From: Candidatus Saccharimonadota bacterium
GTDB taxonomy: Bacteria > Patescibacteriota > Saccharimonadia > Saccharimonadales > JAICHO01
DNA length: 64,000 bases
Assembly: GCA_025924835.1 (NCBI GenBank)
Contig: JAICHO010000001.1
Span: forward strand, 2,553-66,552
Direction of reading: 5' to 3'
In this document: piece by piece, positions 49,766 to 58,281 of the stretch
Numbering within the stretch: position 1 is the first letter of the stretch
Layout of the letters: every line of letters begins with the position of its first letter
Position numbers and translations under genes: made by a program
The notes under the pieces: model-generated
What the model was told of the DNA's origin: nothing
Databases searched by the model: none
What the model saw: only the letters and a program-made list of their open reading frames with translations

Positions 49766-50399
49766 TGGGATGAAGCTGCTCGATCCTATCCGGGACCTCG
49801 TAAGAACCGTAATGCGTAGTTTTGCCCGCCTTCTCAACCACCTCAGTGGCGGCAAACTGACCCCAAACCAGGTAACAATCGCAGGCCTGTTAGCGCACTT
49901 GCCCATAGTGTGGCTGATTGCCACCAGGCACAACTTGTCAGCTGCTATTCTCTTAATACTATTTGGCCTGTTTGATACGCTTGACGGCGAACTCGCTCGT
50001 TTGCAGAAATGGACGACGCCGCTCGGAATGTTTATGGATTCATCAACTGATCGAATGAAAGAGATATTGCTGTACTGCGGCATAGTGTCTGTCTTGCTCC
50101 AAACAGGTCACCGGCTTGTTATTATTGCTGCCGTTGGGGCTCTCGGAGCCTCACTCTGCACAAGCTACCTGAATGCCTGGGGCGAAGCGGTACTTGCCAC
50201 CGTTCAGAACAGTCAGGCTCACAAAGTTAATAAAAGCTTTCGTAGTGGGTTGCTGAGCTTTGAGCTGCGTATAGTCTTGATTATTGGAGGCCTTTTATTT
50301 AATAGGCTGGACGTGGTGGTGTATATAATTTTGGTATTGGCTACTATAACTGTTGTGCAACGGTTTATGCATATTACCGGGCAGCTAAAAAATGTATAA
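49755..50399 (+). CDS. CDP-alcohol phosphatidyltransferase (PgsA/AIP-synthase-like)
   Basis: TPNQVT and DTLDGELAR...GMFMDSSTDR signature; multiple TM segments. Confidence 0.93.
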   Translation: MQSNGMKLLDPIRDLVRTVMRSFARLLNHLSGGKLTPNQVTIAGLLAHLPIVWLIATRHNLSAAILLILFGLFDTLDGELARLQKWTTPLGMFMDSSTDRMKEILLYCGIVSVLLQTGHRLVIIAAVGALGASLCTSYLNAWGEAVLATVQNSQAHKVNKSFRSGLLSFELRIVLIIGGLLFNRLDVVVYIILVLATITVVQRFMHITGQLKNV

Positions 50400-51048
50400 A
50401 ATTGACCTGCACACCCACTCTGTTAACAGTCCTGATGGTGGTATTACCCCCGAACAATATGCCGCCGCCCTGGACAGTAACCTACTGGACATGGTTGCCG
50501 TAACCGACCATAACCAGGTGGATTTTGCGCTGGGCTTGCAGCAGCAACTCGGTGAGCGCATTATTGTGGGCGAGGAAATTATGACTACCAGTGGCGAAAT
50601 TATAGGGTTATACCTGAAACAACTCATCCGACCTGGCTTGGCACCGCAGGAAACCATTCAACACATTAAGGATCAAGGCGGTCTGGTCTATGTGCCTCAT
50701 CCCTTTGAAAGCGTACGTCACGGTTTGCATCCAAGCGTTCTGGAAGAACTAGCCGACCAGATAGATATTATAGAGGTCTGCAACGGACGTGCCTTCCTGC
50801 AGAACCGGAGTGCGCAAGCAGTTATTTGGGGCAAGTTAAACCGTGTCATCGGCGCTGCCAGTAGCGACGCTCATGGAGCACGCGGCTTGGGAAAAACCTA
50901 CACCCGCGTACCAGAGTTACCCCCAGAAGATGGTCTGCTAAACGCGCTCAGACACGGAATTCCGGTAACCGACCGACCCGGCGTGCGGGCTCTGCTGTAC
51001 CCAAAATATCATGTGTGGCGCAAAAAAATCAAAGGCAGCCGATCTTAA
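50392..51048 (+). CDS. PHP-domain phosphoesterase
   Basis: DLHTHS..SPDG, TDHN, GEEI, HPF, SSDAH. Confidence 0.92.
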   Translation: MYKIDLHTHSVNSPDGGITPEQYAAALDSNLLDMVAVTDHNQVDFALGLQQQLGERIIVGEEIMTTSGEIIGLYLKQLIRPGLAPQETIQHIKDQGGLVYVPHPFESVRHGLHPSVLEELADQIDIIEVCNGRAFLQNRSAQAVIWGKLNRVIGAASSDAHGARGLGKTYTRVPELPPEDGLLNALRHGIPVTDRPGVRALLYPKYHVWRKKIKGSRS

Positions 51049-51570
51049 ATGAATGACTATATCGCCGCTCTATTGTTCTTCTTGCCAGCCGGCCTGGCCA
51101 ATATGACACCGCCTTTAGCCAATAAAATTCCGATACTCAACCAGTGGAAAACGCCGTTAGACTTTGGCAAAACCTGGCGCGGCAAAAGACTGTTCGGCAA
51201 TAATAAAACCTGGCGCGGGCTAGTGAGCGGCACAATTGTAGGCGGAGTTACTGCCATGATAATCAGCAAGTTAAATACCAATACCGTCGTCACTCTGGCA
51301 CCGTTTTTAGTGGGGAGTCTGTTGGGGCTGGGAGCTTTGATGGGTGACGCCGTAGAAAGTTTCTTTAAACGCCAACGAGGCTTTAAGCCTGGCCAGTCGT
51401 GGTTTCCCTTTGATCAAATTGATTATATCTTAGGCGGTCTGCTCATTATTGCGCCCGTAATACGTCTGCCGTTGTGGGCAGGCTTCACGATTGCTATCGT
51501 CTATTTTGGATTGCACCTGCTGACGGCCTATCTTGGATACTTGCTTAAACTCAAAGACAGCCCCATCTGA
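51049..51570 (+). CDS. carS: CarS-like CDP-archaeol synthase family (DUF46) cytidylyltransferase
   Basis: PAGLANMTP, PLDFG, GKRLFG.NKTWRG, GDAVESFFKR, FDQID. Confidence 0.88.
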   Translation: MNDYIAALLFFLPAGLANMTPPLANKIPILNQWKTPLDFGKTWRGKRLFGNNKTWRGLVSGTIVGGVTAMIISKLNTNTVVTLAPFLVGSLLGLGALMGDAVESFFKRQRGFKPGQSWFPFDQIDYILGGLLIIAPVIRLPLWAGFTIAIVYFGLHLLTAYLGYLLKLKDSPI

Positions 51571-51598
51571 GATTCCTTCAAAAACCCTATATTTCAAA

Positions 51599-52630
51599 TT
51601 ACTCGTCAAGTGAAATCTTAAGTTTTTCTACAAGATCCACTGGTGTAGGGTTGAGACCATTTAATAACGCTAGATATACGCTTACATGATCCCCCAGCAT
51701 GACACTCCCCAATAATTGCTGTATAAGAGTTTCGCCCCTTGGTCTAACTATGTTGGGGTGAGGCCGTTTACCTGATAGTAAGCGCTGAGATACCTCAAAA
51801 CGTTTTTGAACACGAGGATGCTCTAAATCGCTTTGAATTTCTACAACAGCAAAAGGCTTATCGGTCGGGTGGCTGGACCAACCGATAAACTCATTGTGAT
51901 TGAATTCCGGATACTGATTACTCCATGCCAAGTTCTTGGCATTTTCATTCATGCATATTTTCCATTTGTTGGCGGCTGGAAATAATAATGGTCCGCTGTA
52001 CACAATAACCGTTTTGCCCATCAACTCCAGCGCAATTTGTTTGGCCAAATTTTTTGCCGTCGGAACAGTGGGACCCCAAGATTCAGCTTCTTCTTTTAGC
52101 CAGTTTGCTACGTCAGTCAGTTCGCCTCTACTATCGGCCGGGATTAAACCGGCGGGTTCCAGCAGCTGTATAAAAGCATTGATGAAATAAAACGTAGACA
52201 TGCGAGGCTGAATGCCGTCAGGCAAAACAAACAGGGGGTAACCTTTGTCGTGTGCCCTTTCCATAAGTTTACCGCCCGCGGCAACGACTACAATTTGCGC
52301 TCCTTTGGCTTCGGCGTCATCTAGCGCCGACAAAGTTTCTTCCGTATTGCCTGAATAGCTAGAAGAAATTACTAAGGTTTGCTCGTTAACATATTGCGGC
52401 AAGCTGTAGTTGCGTACAATTTCAAAGGGCACCGTGAGCCCAGGCCATGAGTTTAAAAACAATCCTGGCAGCGCTGATCCCCCCATTCCAGCCAGCACCA
52501 CGTTACGTATTTCTCCCTTTGACTCAAAGTTAGCATCAAAATCATGAGATAGTTGTTGCCATTCTTTCCCAGCGATTCCCAGGGCGTCTTGGGCGTCACG
52601 TTCATGGATAAATTTAAGGTCATCAAGCAT
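51599..52630 (-). CDS. Bifunctional phosphoglucose/phosphomannose isomerase (SIS)
   Basis: GMGGS, SYSGNTEET, QPR, NENAK, PEFNHNE. Confidence 0.92.
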   Translation of the reverse strand: MLDDLKFIHERDAQDALGIAGKEWQQLSHDFDANFESKGEIRNVVLAGMGGSALPGLFLNSWPGLTVPFEIVRNYSLPQYVNEQTLVISSSYSGNTEETLSALDDAEAKGAQIVVVAAGGKLMERAHDKGYPLFVLPDGIQPRMSTFYFINAFIQLLEPAGLIPADSRGELTDVANWLKEEAESWGPTVPTAKNLAKQIALELMGKTVIVYSGPLLFPAANKWKICMNENAKNLAWSNQYPEFNHNEFIGWSSHPTDKPFAVVEIQSDLEHPRVQKRFEVSQRLLSGKRPHPNIVRPRGETLIQQLLGSVMLGDHVSVYLALLNGLNPTPVDLVEKLKISLDE

Positions 52631-52713
52631 GTGGTCCGCTCCCGTTTACTGCCTCTCATTATATATGATATAGTGCTAATGAATTGATAGTAAATTGAAA
52701 TAAGAGGTGGGAA

Positions 52714-53229
52714 ATGTTCGGTCACGACGACGATAATCAACAGCAGCCAACGCAAGATACTAATACGCTCATGCAGGCGGCCATGCCTGAACCTCTCGGT
52801 GACGACCGCCCTGCGTCAGCCCCTATGCCAGACAACATCGGTGTAGGCGCAATGGGTGCACCATCTATGTCCCCTGCGTCAGCCCCGCATATCGTGACAT
52901 CCAACTTTTCAGCCGTTGGTACCGATACCACACCACCGGCCGTACCAGCTTCGACGCCATCACCCGATCCGGCTGGTGGCGGCAGCGACGATCTGCTTAA
53001 TCTCAAGCAGCAAGCCCTGCAACACCTCAGCCCACTAGTAAGTCAGCTCGATCAAACCCCAGAAGAAAAATTCCGCACCACAATGATGATGATTCAAGCC
53101 AGTGACGATCGCACCCTTATCAAAACCGCTTTTGAGGCCGCCCAGGCCATCAAAGACGACAAAGCTCGCGCCCAGGCTCTACTAGACATTATCAACGAGA
53201 TTAATTACTTTACCCAGCACCAGGCTTAA
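52714..53229 (+). CDS. Hypothetical protein, disordered Pro/Asp-rich N-terminus with helical C-terminus
   Basis: GAGG SD; C-terminal LLNLKQQALQHLSPLV...ALLDIINEINYF. Confidence 0.8.
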   Translation: MFGHDDDNQQQPTQDTNTLMQAAMPEPLGDDRPASAPMPDNIGVGAMGAPSMSPASAPHIVTSNFSAVGTDTTPPAVPASTPSPDPAGGGSDDLLNLKQQALQHLSPLVSQLDQTPEEKFRTTMMMIQASDDRTLIKTAFEAAQAIKDDKARAQALLDIINEINYFTQHQA

Positions 53230-53268
53230 TAAGCTAAGCCGAGTGTTTTGGCCTTACTCTAGTACTTT

Positions 53269-53784
53269 CTATTGTTCTGATGGGCCCAACAGATATCGGT
53301 GAACAACATATGCAAACACCGATATAGCCAAGAAAATAGCTATCGTATCCCCAGGCCCAGTATTTGGTAGGCCATTTTGATTATTCTGTGGTGGCGTAGT
53401 GGTAGTAGGTGCCGGGGTAGTAGCGGCCGGAGCCGGGGTAGGCGTGGTAGGAGCATTCACATTGCCATTGCTCGGAGCGGTTCCGGTGGTGGGGTTGCTG
53501 GCCGCTGGTTTATTAGCAGTATCATCTTTCTTGGGTGCTGGTGATTCGCTTGGCTGGGTGGTCGCAACTGGGCTACCCGAATCCGAACTAGGGCGAAGCT
53601 TGCGATACACCCAACGACCGCCAAAAAATAAGCCCATAACCACCAGGGCAGTAACGGCTAGGCTAAGCAAGGCTAGCAGCCATGCCATCCAGGCACGGTC
53701 GCGCTTTTCAGCCTGATAATAACTGGTTACTTCTTCCGGCACGCTGGCCGAATCGTCTGACTTATTACGGCGAAATAATGCCAT
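53269..53784 (-). CDS. Membrane protein with P/T-rich stalk and LPxTG-like C-terminal signal
   Basis: N-terminal TM, PTT-rich linker, LPNTG followed by a hydrophobic stretch; AAGGAG SD. Confidence 0.8.
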   Translation of the reverse strand: MALFRRNKSDDSASVPEEVTSYYQAEKRDRAWMAWLLALLSLAVTALVVMGLFFGGRWVYRKLRPSSDSGSPVATTQPSESPAPKKDDTANKPAASNPTTGTAPSNGNVNAPTTPTPAPAATTPAPTTTTPPQNNQNGLPNTGPGDTIAIFLAISVFAYVVHRYLLGPSEQ

Positions 53785-53901
53785 TCCTAGTTCTCCTTAG
53801 AATGGTACTATCATAGTACAAACTGGCATATTTTGCAACATTAAGATTATGCGACTATGTTCTCCTTAGTTTAAAGCTGTGCAATATCATGATTATATAA
53901 A

Positions 53902-53938
53902 ATACAAAAAGACCGGAGTGGATCCGGTCTTTTTGTAT
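53902..53938. terminator. Bidirectional intrinsic terminator downstream of groEL
   Basis: ATACAAAAAGACCGGA-gtgga-TCCGGTCTTTTTGTAT perfect inverted repeat with A/T tails. Confidence 0.85.
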
Positions 53939-53992
53939 CCGTATTCAGGAAGGAGCAGTCCGAGCAGACGATTCATTCGGCTGCCCGGCACG

Positions 53993-54026
53993 ATGAGGGA
54001 ACCTATCCCGGTTCCCTCATTTTTTT
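53993..54026. terminator. 11-bp perfect hairpin next to the groEL stop
   Basis: ATGAGGGAACC-tatccc-GGTTCCCTCAT, with a T-run on the + strand only. Confidence 0.6.
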
Positions 54027-55671
54027 ACATCCCCATCATCCCACCCATGTCAGGCGCCCCACCGGCAGGAGCCTTAGGCTCAGGCACTTCTACCACTAAA
54101 GCACCCATTGTCATGCTAGTGCCAGCAATGGATACGGCATTTTGCAGTGCCTCTTTAGTGACACGAGCCGGGTCAATTACACCCACACTTCTCAGGTCAA
54201 CTAGTGCCGTCGGACTATTGACGTTTACCCCAAAACCAGGCTTGCCTGCTTTTACTTGGGGCAACCATTCATCAGCGTTCAAGCCGGCATTGGTCAGCAA
54301 GATACGGAAAGGCTGTTCCAAGGCCTTTTTCAACAGTTGTCGGCCAGCCGTTACCGAGTCATCATCGTCATCCGTGGTAATTGTAGAGCTTAGGTTAATC
54401 AGCGTGACACCACCACCAGCTACAATGCCTTCGTCCAGAGCCGCCTTCACAGCTGCTACGGCATCATCAACCCGGAATTTCTTTTCTTCAATCTCGGTTT
54501 CGGTAGCACCGCCAACTTTAATAACGGCAACCTTACCGGATAGCGCCGCCCGGCGCTTTTCCAGGTTTTCTTTGTCGTACTCGCTGGTCGCGGACTTAAT
54601 CTGGGCATTAATCTGGTCAACGCGGGCTTGAATTTCAGCGGCGGAGCCAGCACCCTCGATAATGGTTGTTTCATCTTTAGTAACCAACACTTTACGAGCC
54701 GTCCCCACTACGTCCATATCGACGTTTTCAAAGGTCATGCCGCGGTCTTCAGTTATTACCTCCGCACCCGTCAAAACGGCAATGTCGTTCAGGACGTCTT
54801 TGCGACGGTCACCAAACGCCGGTGCCTTAATGGCGGTCGTGTTAAAGACGCCCTTCAGCTTGTTCAGGATTAGCGTCCCCAAGGCTTCGCCTTCAACATC
54901 TTCGGCAATCAGCACCAGATCTTTCTTGCCGGCTTGCGCCAGCTTTTCTAGCAGCGGCAAAAATTCCTGGATCGAAGTAATCTTTTTATCGGTGATAACT
55001 ACGGCCGGCTTTTCTATTACCGATTCCATGCGGGCAGCATCCGTCACCATGTACGGGCTGACAAACCCGCGATCAAACGTAAAGCCTTCAACTACCTCGC
55101 TTTCCAGCGCCAACCCTTGGCCTTCTTCTACTGTTACCACCCCGTCTTTGCCGACTTTTTCAATCACATCGGCAATCAGGTTGCCGATTTCGGCGTCGCC
55201 GGCACTAATGGTTGCTACCTCTGCTACGCGGGACTTCTTGCCTTTGATATCTTCGGCCAGACCACCCAGTTTGGCCTGTACTTCATGGGCGGCGGCCTCA
55301 AGGCCCTTGCGTAGCAGCATCGGGTTATGACCAGCGGCAATAAGCTTATTTGCCTCATTCAAAATATGATACGTCAGCACCGTTACGGTGGTTGTACCGT
55401 CACCAGCCACATCGTTCATTTTGCTAGCGGCCTGCTTAATTAACTCGGCACCAACTTTGTAGCCCAATGTCTCGTCGTCAACGTCAGCCAGTTCTACGCC
55501 CTTGGCTACGGTTACGCCGTCATGCGTAACCGTCGGGTTGCCGTAACTCTTGCTAATAATAACGTTGCGTCCCTTAGGCCCCATCGTCGTCTTCACCGCG
55601 TCATATAAAATCTGTGCCCCGCCCAGCACCCGGCGCCGGGCATCATCATCATAAAAAACTTTCTTTGCCAT
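54025..55671 (-). CDS. groL: Chaperonin GroEL
   Basis: TMGPKGRNV, AGDGTTT, KAPAFGDRRK, GGMMGM tail. Confidence 0.98.
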   Translation of the reverse strand: MAKKVFYDDDARRRVLGGAQILYDAVKTTMGPKGRNVIISKSYGNPTVTHDGVTVAKGVELADVDDETLGYKVGAELIKQAASKMNDVAGDGTTTVTVLTYHILNEANKLIAAGHNPMLLRKGLEAAAHEVQAKLGGLAEDIKGKKSRVAEVATISAGDAEIGNLIADVIEKVGKDGVVTVEEGQGLALESEVVEGFTFDRGFVSPYMVTDAARMESVIEKPAVVITDKKITSIQEFLPLLEKLAQAGKKDLVLIAEDVEGEALGTLILNKLKGVFNTTAIKAPAFGDRRKDVLNDIAVLTGAEVITEDRGMTFENVDMDVVGTARKVLVTKDETTIIEGAGSAAEIQARVDQINAQIKSATSEYDKENLEKRRAALSGKVAVIKVGGATETEIEEKKFRVDDAVAAVKAALDEGIVAGGGVTLINLSSTITTDDDDDSVTAGRQLLKKALEQPFRILLTNAGLNADEWLPQVKAGKPGFGVNVNSPTALVDLRSVGVIDPARVTKEALQNAVSIAGTSMTMGALVVEVPEPKAPAGGAPDMGGMMGM

Positions 55672-55814
55672 TATTTCTTCTCCTTACGTGTCAAGTTATC
55701 AATCTTTTCTTCCAGTCGTTTAACTGCTTCGTCAATTCTTGCTACCTTTGTTTCTACTCTCGTGAAGCCAATCCAGAAAATAACAAAGATTATAAAGCCG
55801 AGTATTCCATCCAT
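55671..55814 (-). CDS. 47-aa single-TM plus coiled-coil peptide between groES and groEL
   Basis: MDGILGFIIFVIFWIGFTRVETKVARIDEAVKRLEEKIDNLTRKEKK; starts 4 nt after the groES stop and its stop overlaps the groEL ATG (TAATG). Confidence 0.7.
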   Translation of the reverse strand: MDGILGFIIFVIFWIGFTRVETKVARIDEAVKRLEEKIDNLTRKEKK

Positions 55815-55818
55815 AGTA

Positions 55819-56085
55819 TTACTTAACCGTCGCGAAGATATTTTCTGCCTTAATCAGAATGTATTCCGAGCCGCCGTATTTGACGACTTCGTTACTGTAG
55901 CCACCGTAAATAATCCGGTCGCCGACCTTAACATCGTCAACTTTCTTACCGACGGCCAGAACTTTAGCCACTTTGGGCTTTTCCTGAGCGTTACCCGGCA
56001 AGTACAAGCCGCTGGCGGTTTTGGTTTCGGCCTCTTCCTGCTGGGCGACTACATAGTCTGCCAATGGATTAATAGGTACAGACAT
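55819..56085 (-). CDS. groS: Co-chaperonin GroES
   Basis: PLADYV, TASGLYLP, VLAVG, VKVGD; AAGGAGG SD. Confidence 0.97.
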   Translation of the reverse strand: MSVPINPLADYVVAQQEEAETKTASGLYLPGNAQEKPKVAKVLAVGKKVDDVKVGDRIIYGGYSNEVVKYGGSEYILIKAENIFATVK

Positions 56086-56117
56086 CTAACTCCTCCTTAA
56101 TCTGTTATTCAAGAGAG

Positions 56118-56174
56118 TTAGCACACAACAAAAGTGAGTGCTAACCGCTAGCACTCACTATACCCGACTGCCAA
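56118..56174. promoter_or_regulatory. Tandem CIRCE (HrcA operator) elements overlapping the groES promoter
   Basis: TTAGCACAC-N9-GAGTGCTAA (56118-56144) and CTAGCACTC-N9-GACTGCCAA (56148-56174); minus-strand TTGACA-N18-TATAGT at 56157-56186. Confidence 0.9.
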
Positions 56175-56264
56175 CACCCCTGTCAATATCAGCCCCGTAA
56201 CGTCGTGCCGTACTGGTCTATAGCGTCAAGCGTAAACCAAGAGCCTGTTATCGGTGTTGCTACC

Positions 56265-57557
56265 CTACTTTTGCCCCAAGCTACGTTCGGCAACACGACC
56301 CAACCATAAGGCAGTATCAATATCAGCAGCCCGGGAAGGTAAGTTACTGCCCTTAATTTCGTTTATGACCTTTTCTTTCAGCTTCTTTTTGTATAAGCGG
56401 TTAGGCGTGTCGCCATGCGCCAGTCGTAGCTGTACGGTTTCCTCCTCCCCGGCAGCGTCATTATCACTATCAACTTCTAAAATAACATAAGGATCCAAGG
56501 ACTCAGGATCCCGTTTAGCCGGTGGAATTTTACGCTTATCCCAATCTTCAAATACGGCAAAATAGATATCATCTTGTAATTTGCATACCGCTTCGGCCAG
56601 CTGTTGGCGTTCAGAAATCGATAAATCATCAGCATAATTGGCAGCGGCCAATAAATAATGGTTCATAAACAGGTCCCGAAACACCTCGTGTCTCTGCTGC
56701 CCGTTTGGGCTCTTCCCTTTGCTAACGGTAAAAAGCCCACGATTTTCCTCAAGCGATTTGTATAAGCTCGTAATGTCGGCGCCGGCCTTATTTTTAAAGC
56801 TGGCTAGCCAGTTATTAGTATCAGGAACCGTTTCGGCGCTTTCAAAATCAATAAAATGCGTTGCCCTATCTATGGTCCGTACAATGTTCCGAGTTTTAGC
56901 ATCACCATGGAAGGTGCGCCCTTTAATGTGTAGCTCCGCGAGTGCATCCGCCATATCTTCTAGTCGATCTTCCATAAAGTAGCGCTCAGGCTCACTGCTC
57001 TGCATATACGCCCAGTTTTCGTTATCTAGCGTGGAAACTGTGTCTTCGTACAAAGTTACAAGATACTCAGCGCTATCCGTAATCAGGATTCCGGCCGGCA
57101 TAAAGACGGCAAAGCCCTTTTCTGATAGCGACTTTAGCTGCACATATTCGTGAAACGCTTTCTGATGGCCTTTTTCAAACCTTTTAACAGCTACCGGCTG
57201 AGTGGCCATCTCCTGGGTCGAGGGATCTAGATAGGATATATCACCAAAGAACACCTGGTGGGCAGAACGCCTTGCGTTAAAACCTCGTGCACGCTGAAGC
57301 TCAAACTCAAACCTGGGAGGAAGCTCTCCTTCATTATGCAAAACATCAAAAGCCTTTTGATCTAAATGTAGTCCTGGCTGTGTCAGTCGAGGTGTTCTGC
57401 TAGCTACAAAGTCTTGCGGGATTTCAGGCAGGACAAATACAGGGCTGCCCGGGTAACCCGATTGCTCAACTGCCGCTACAAATTCTTTGACGTGTAGCGG
57501 CAAAGGCGCTGGCGCCTCTACATCTGTGATTAATGGTAATAATTCAACTGTAGTCAT
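56265..57557 (-). CDS. Protein-kinase-like (atypical Kdo/RIO/Bud32-like) protein
   Basis: VAVK, HE (alpha-C Glu), LAELH...FHGDAKTRN, FIDFE. Confidence 0.8.
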   Translation of the reverse strand: MTTVELLPLITDVEAPAPLPLHVKEFVAAVEQSGYPGSPVFVLPEIPQDFVASRTPRLTQPGLHLDQKAFDVLHNEGELPPRFEFELQRARGFNARRSAHQVFFGDISYLDPSTQEMATQPVAVKRFEKGHQKAFHEYVQLKSLSEKGFAVFMPAGILITDSAEYLVTLYEDTVSTLDNENWAYMQSSEPERYFMEDRLEDMADALAELHIKGRTFHGDAKTRNIVRTIDRATHFIDFESAETVPDTNNWLASFKNKAGADITSLYKSLEENRGLFTVSKGKSPNGQQRHEVFRDLFMNHYLLAAANYADDLSISERQQLAEAVCKLQDDIYFAVFEDWDKRKIPPAKRDPESLDPYVILEVDSDNDAAGEEETVQLRLAHGDTPNRLYKKKLKEKVINEIKGSNLPSRAADIDTALWLGRVAERSLGQK

Positions 57558-57584
57558 GATGATTTTTATTTTTATCGGAAGTTT

Positions 57585-58223
57585 TTAGCCTAACAAAGCT
57601 CTCCTTATCTTGGATACATTGCCGGGTGAAGCATTAGCTTCCCCTTCCTGAACTAGGCTAATAAGCGCGGCTTCTAGCGAACCCGGGGAAGCGGTTAAGG
57701 GGGGGATCAGTAAAACCTCGCCGCCGTTAGCCTTACTAAAAGCAAGCTTGAACCAGGTCAAGCTTTCGGGCACCGCGCCAGTTTCCCGAGCAAGACGAGC
57801 GAGTAATTCACGTGTTTTTAGTAAAACCTCTGGCAACTCCATACTTATGGGGCTTGCGGACTGTGATGGCTGCTCGGACAATAAGATCCTAGATAAAGGC
57901 CGGGCACTGCTTGGCACAGCGTATTGCGTAACTTCTTCATCTGCCCATAATCGCCTCATGTGCGGCACACCAGCGGACTCCATTAGGCTGTACATTGCAT
58001 CATCCGCTCCCGTTCGTTCACAAAACAAGCTTCGTTGGCGGCCCTGTACAACATCCACAATTTCTATGCAGCCATTTGATGGACATAAATTAAAAGTCGG
58101 ATCAGTTTCTATAAATCCACTTGCCATTAAGCGTTCGCGAATAGGCCCCAAGGCAAAATCAACGGGCTCGCCAGCTGGGGCACTATTATGTTTTGGGGAT
58201 TGATGTGTTGGTATCTGAGACAT
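57585..58223 (-). CDS. Hypothetical protein, possible degenerate kinase fold
   Basis: LLARLARETGAVPESL...LAF...VLLIPP follows kinase C-lobe spacing but has no catalytic residues. Confidence 0.55.
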   Translation of the reverse strand: MSQIPTHQSPKHNSAPAGEPVDFALGPIRERLMASGFIETDPTFNLCPSNGCIEIVDVVQGRQRSLFCERTGADDAMYSLMESAGVPHMRRLWADEEVTQYAVPSSARPLSRILLSEQPSQSASPISMELPEVLLKTRELLARLARETGAVPESLTWFKLAFSKANGGEVLLIPPLTASPGSLEAALISLVQEGEANASPGNVSKIRRALLG

Positions 58224-58281
58224 GTTAGTAAAACTATAGCATAAAACTCATTACTTTACAACAGGGCCTGCGCTCTGAGCT

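Noticed and set aside
53944-53962. TCAGGAAGGAGCAG resembling the SRP RNA domain IV motif
   Set aside because: Lacks the closing stem and GNRA tetraloop spacing, and the long flanking helix.
53879-55330. 250-aa and 222-aa plus-strand ORFs
   Set aside because: Antisense shadows of groEL, with no recognisable motifs.
56440-56500. DPYVILEV in the kinase C-terminus resembling a J-domain start next to groESL
   Set aside because: No HPD motif and wrong helix spacing.
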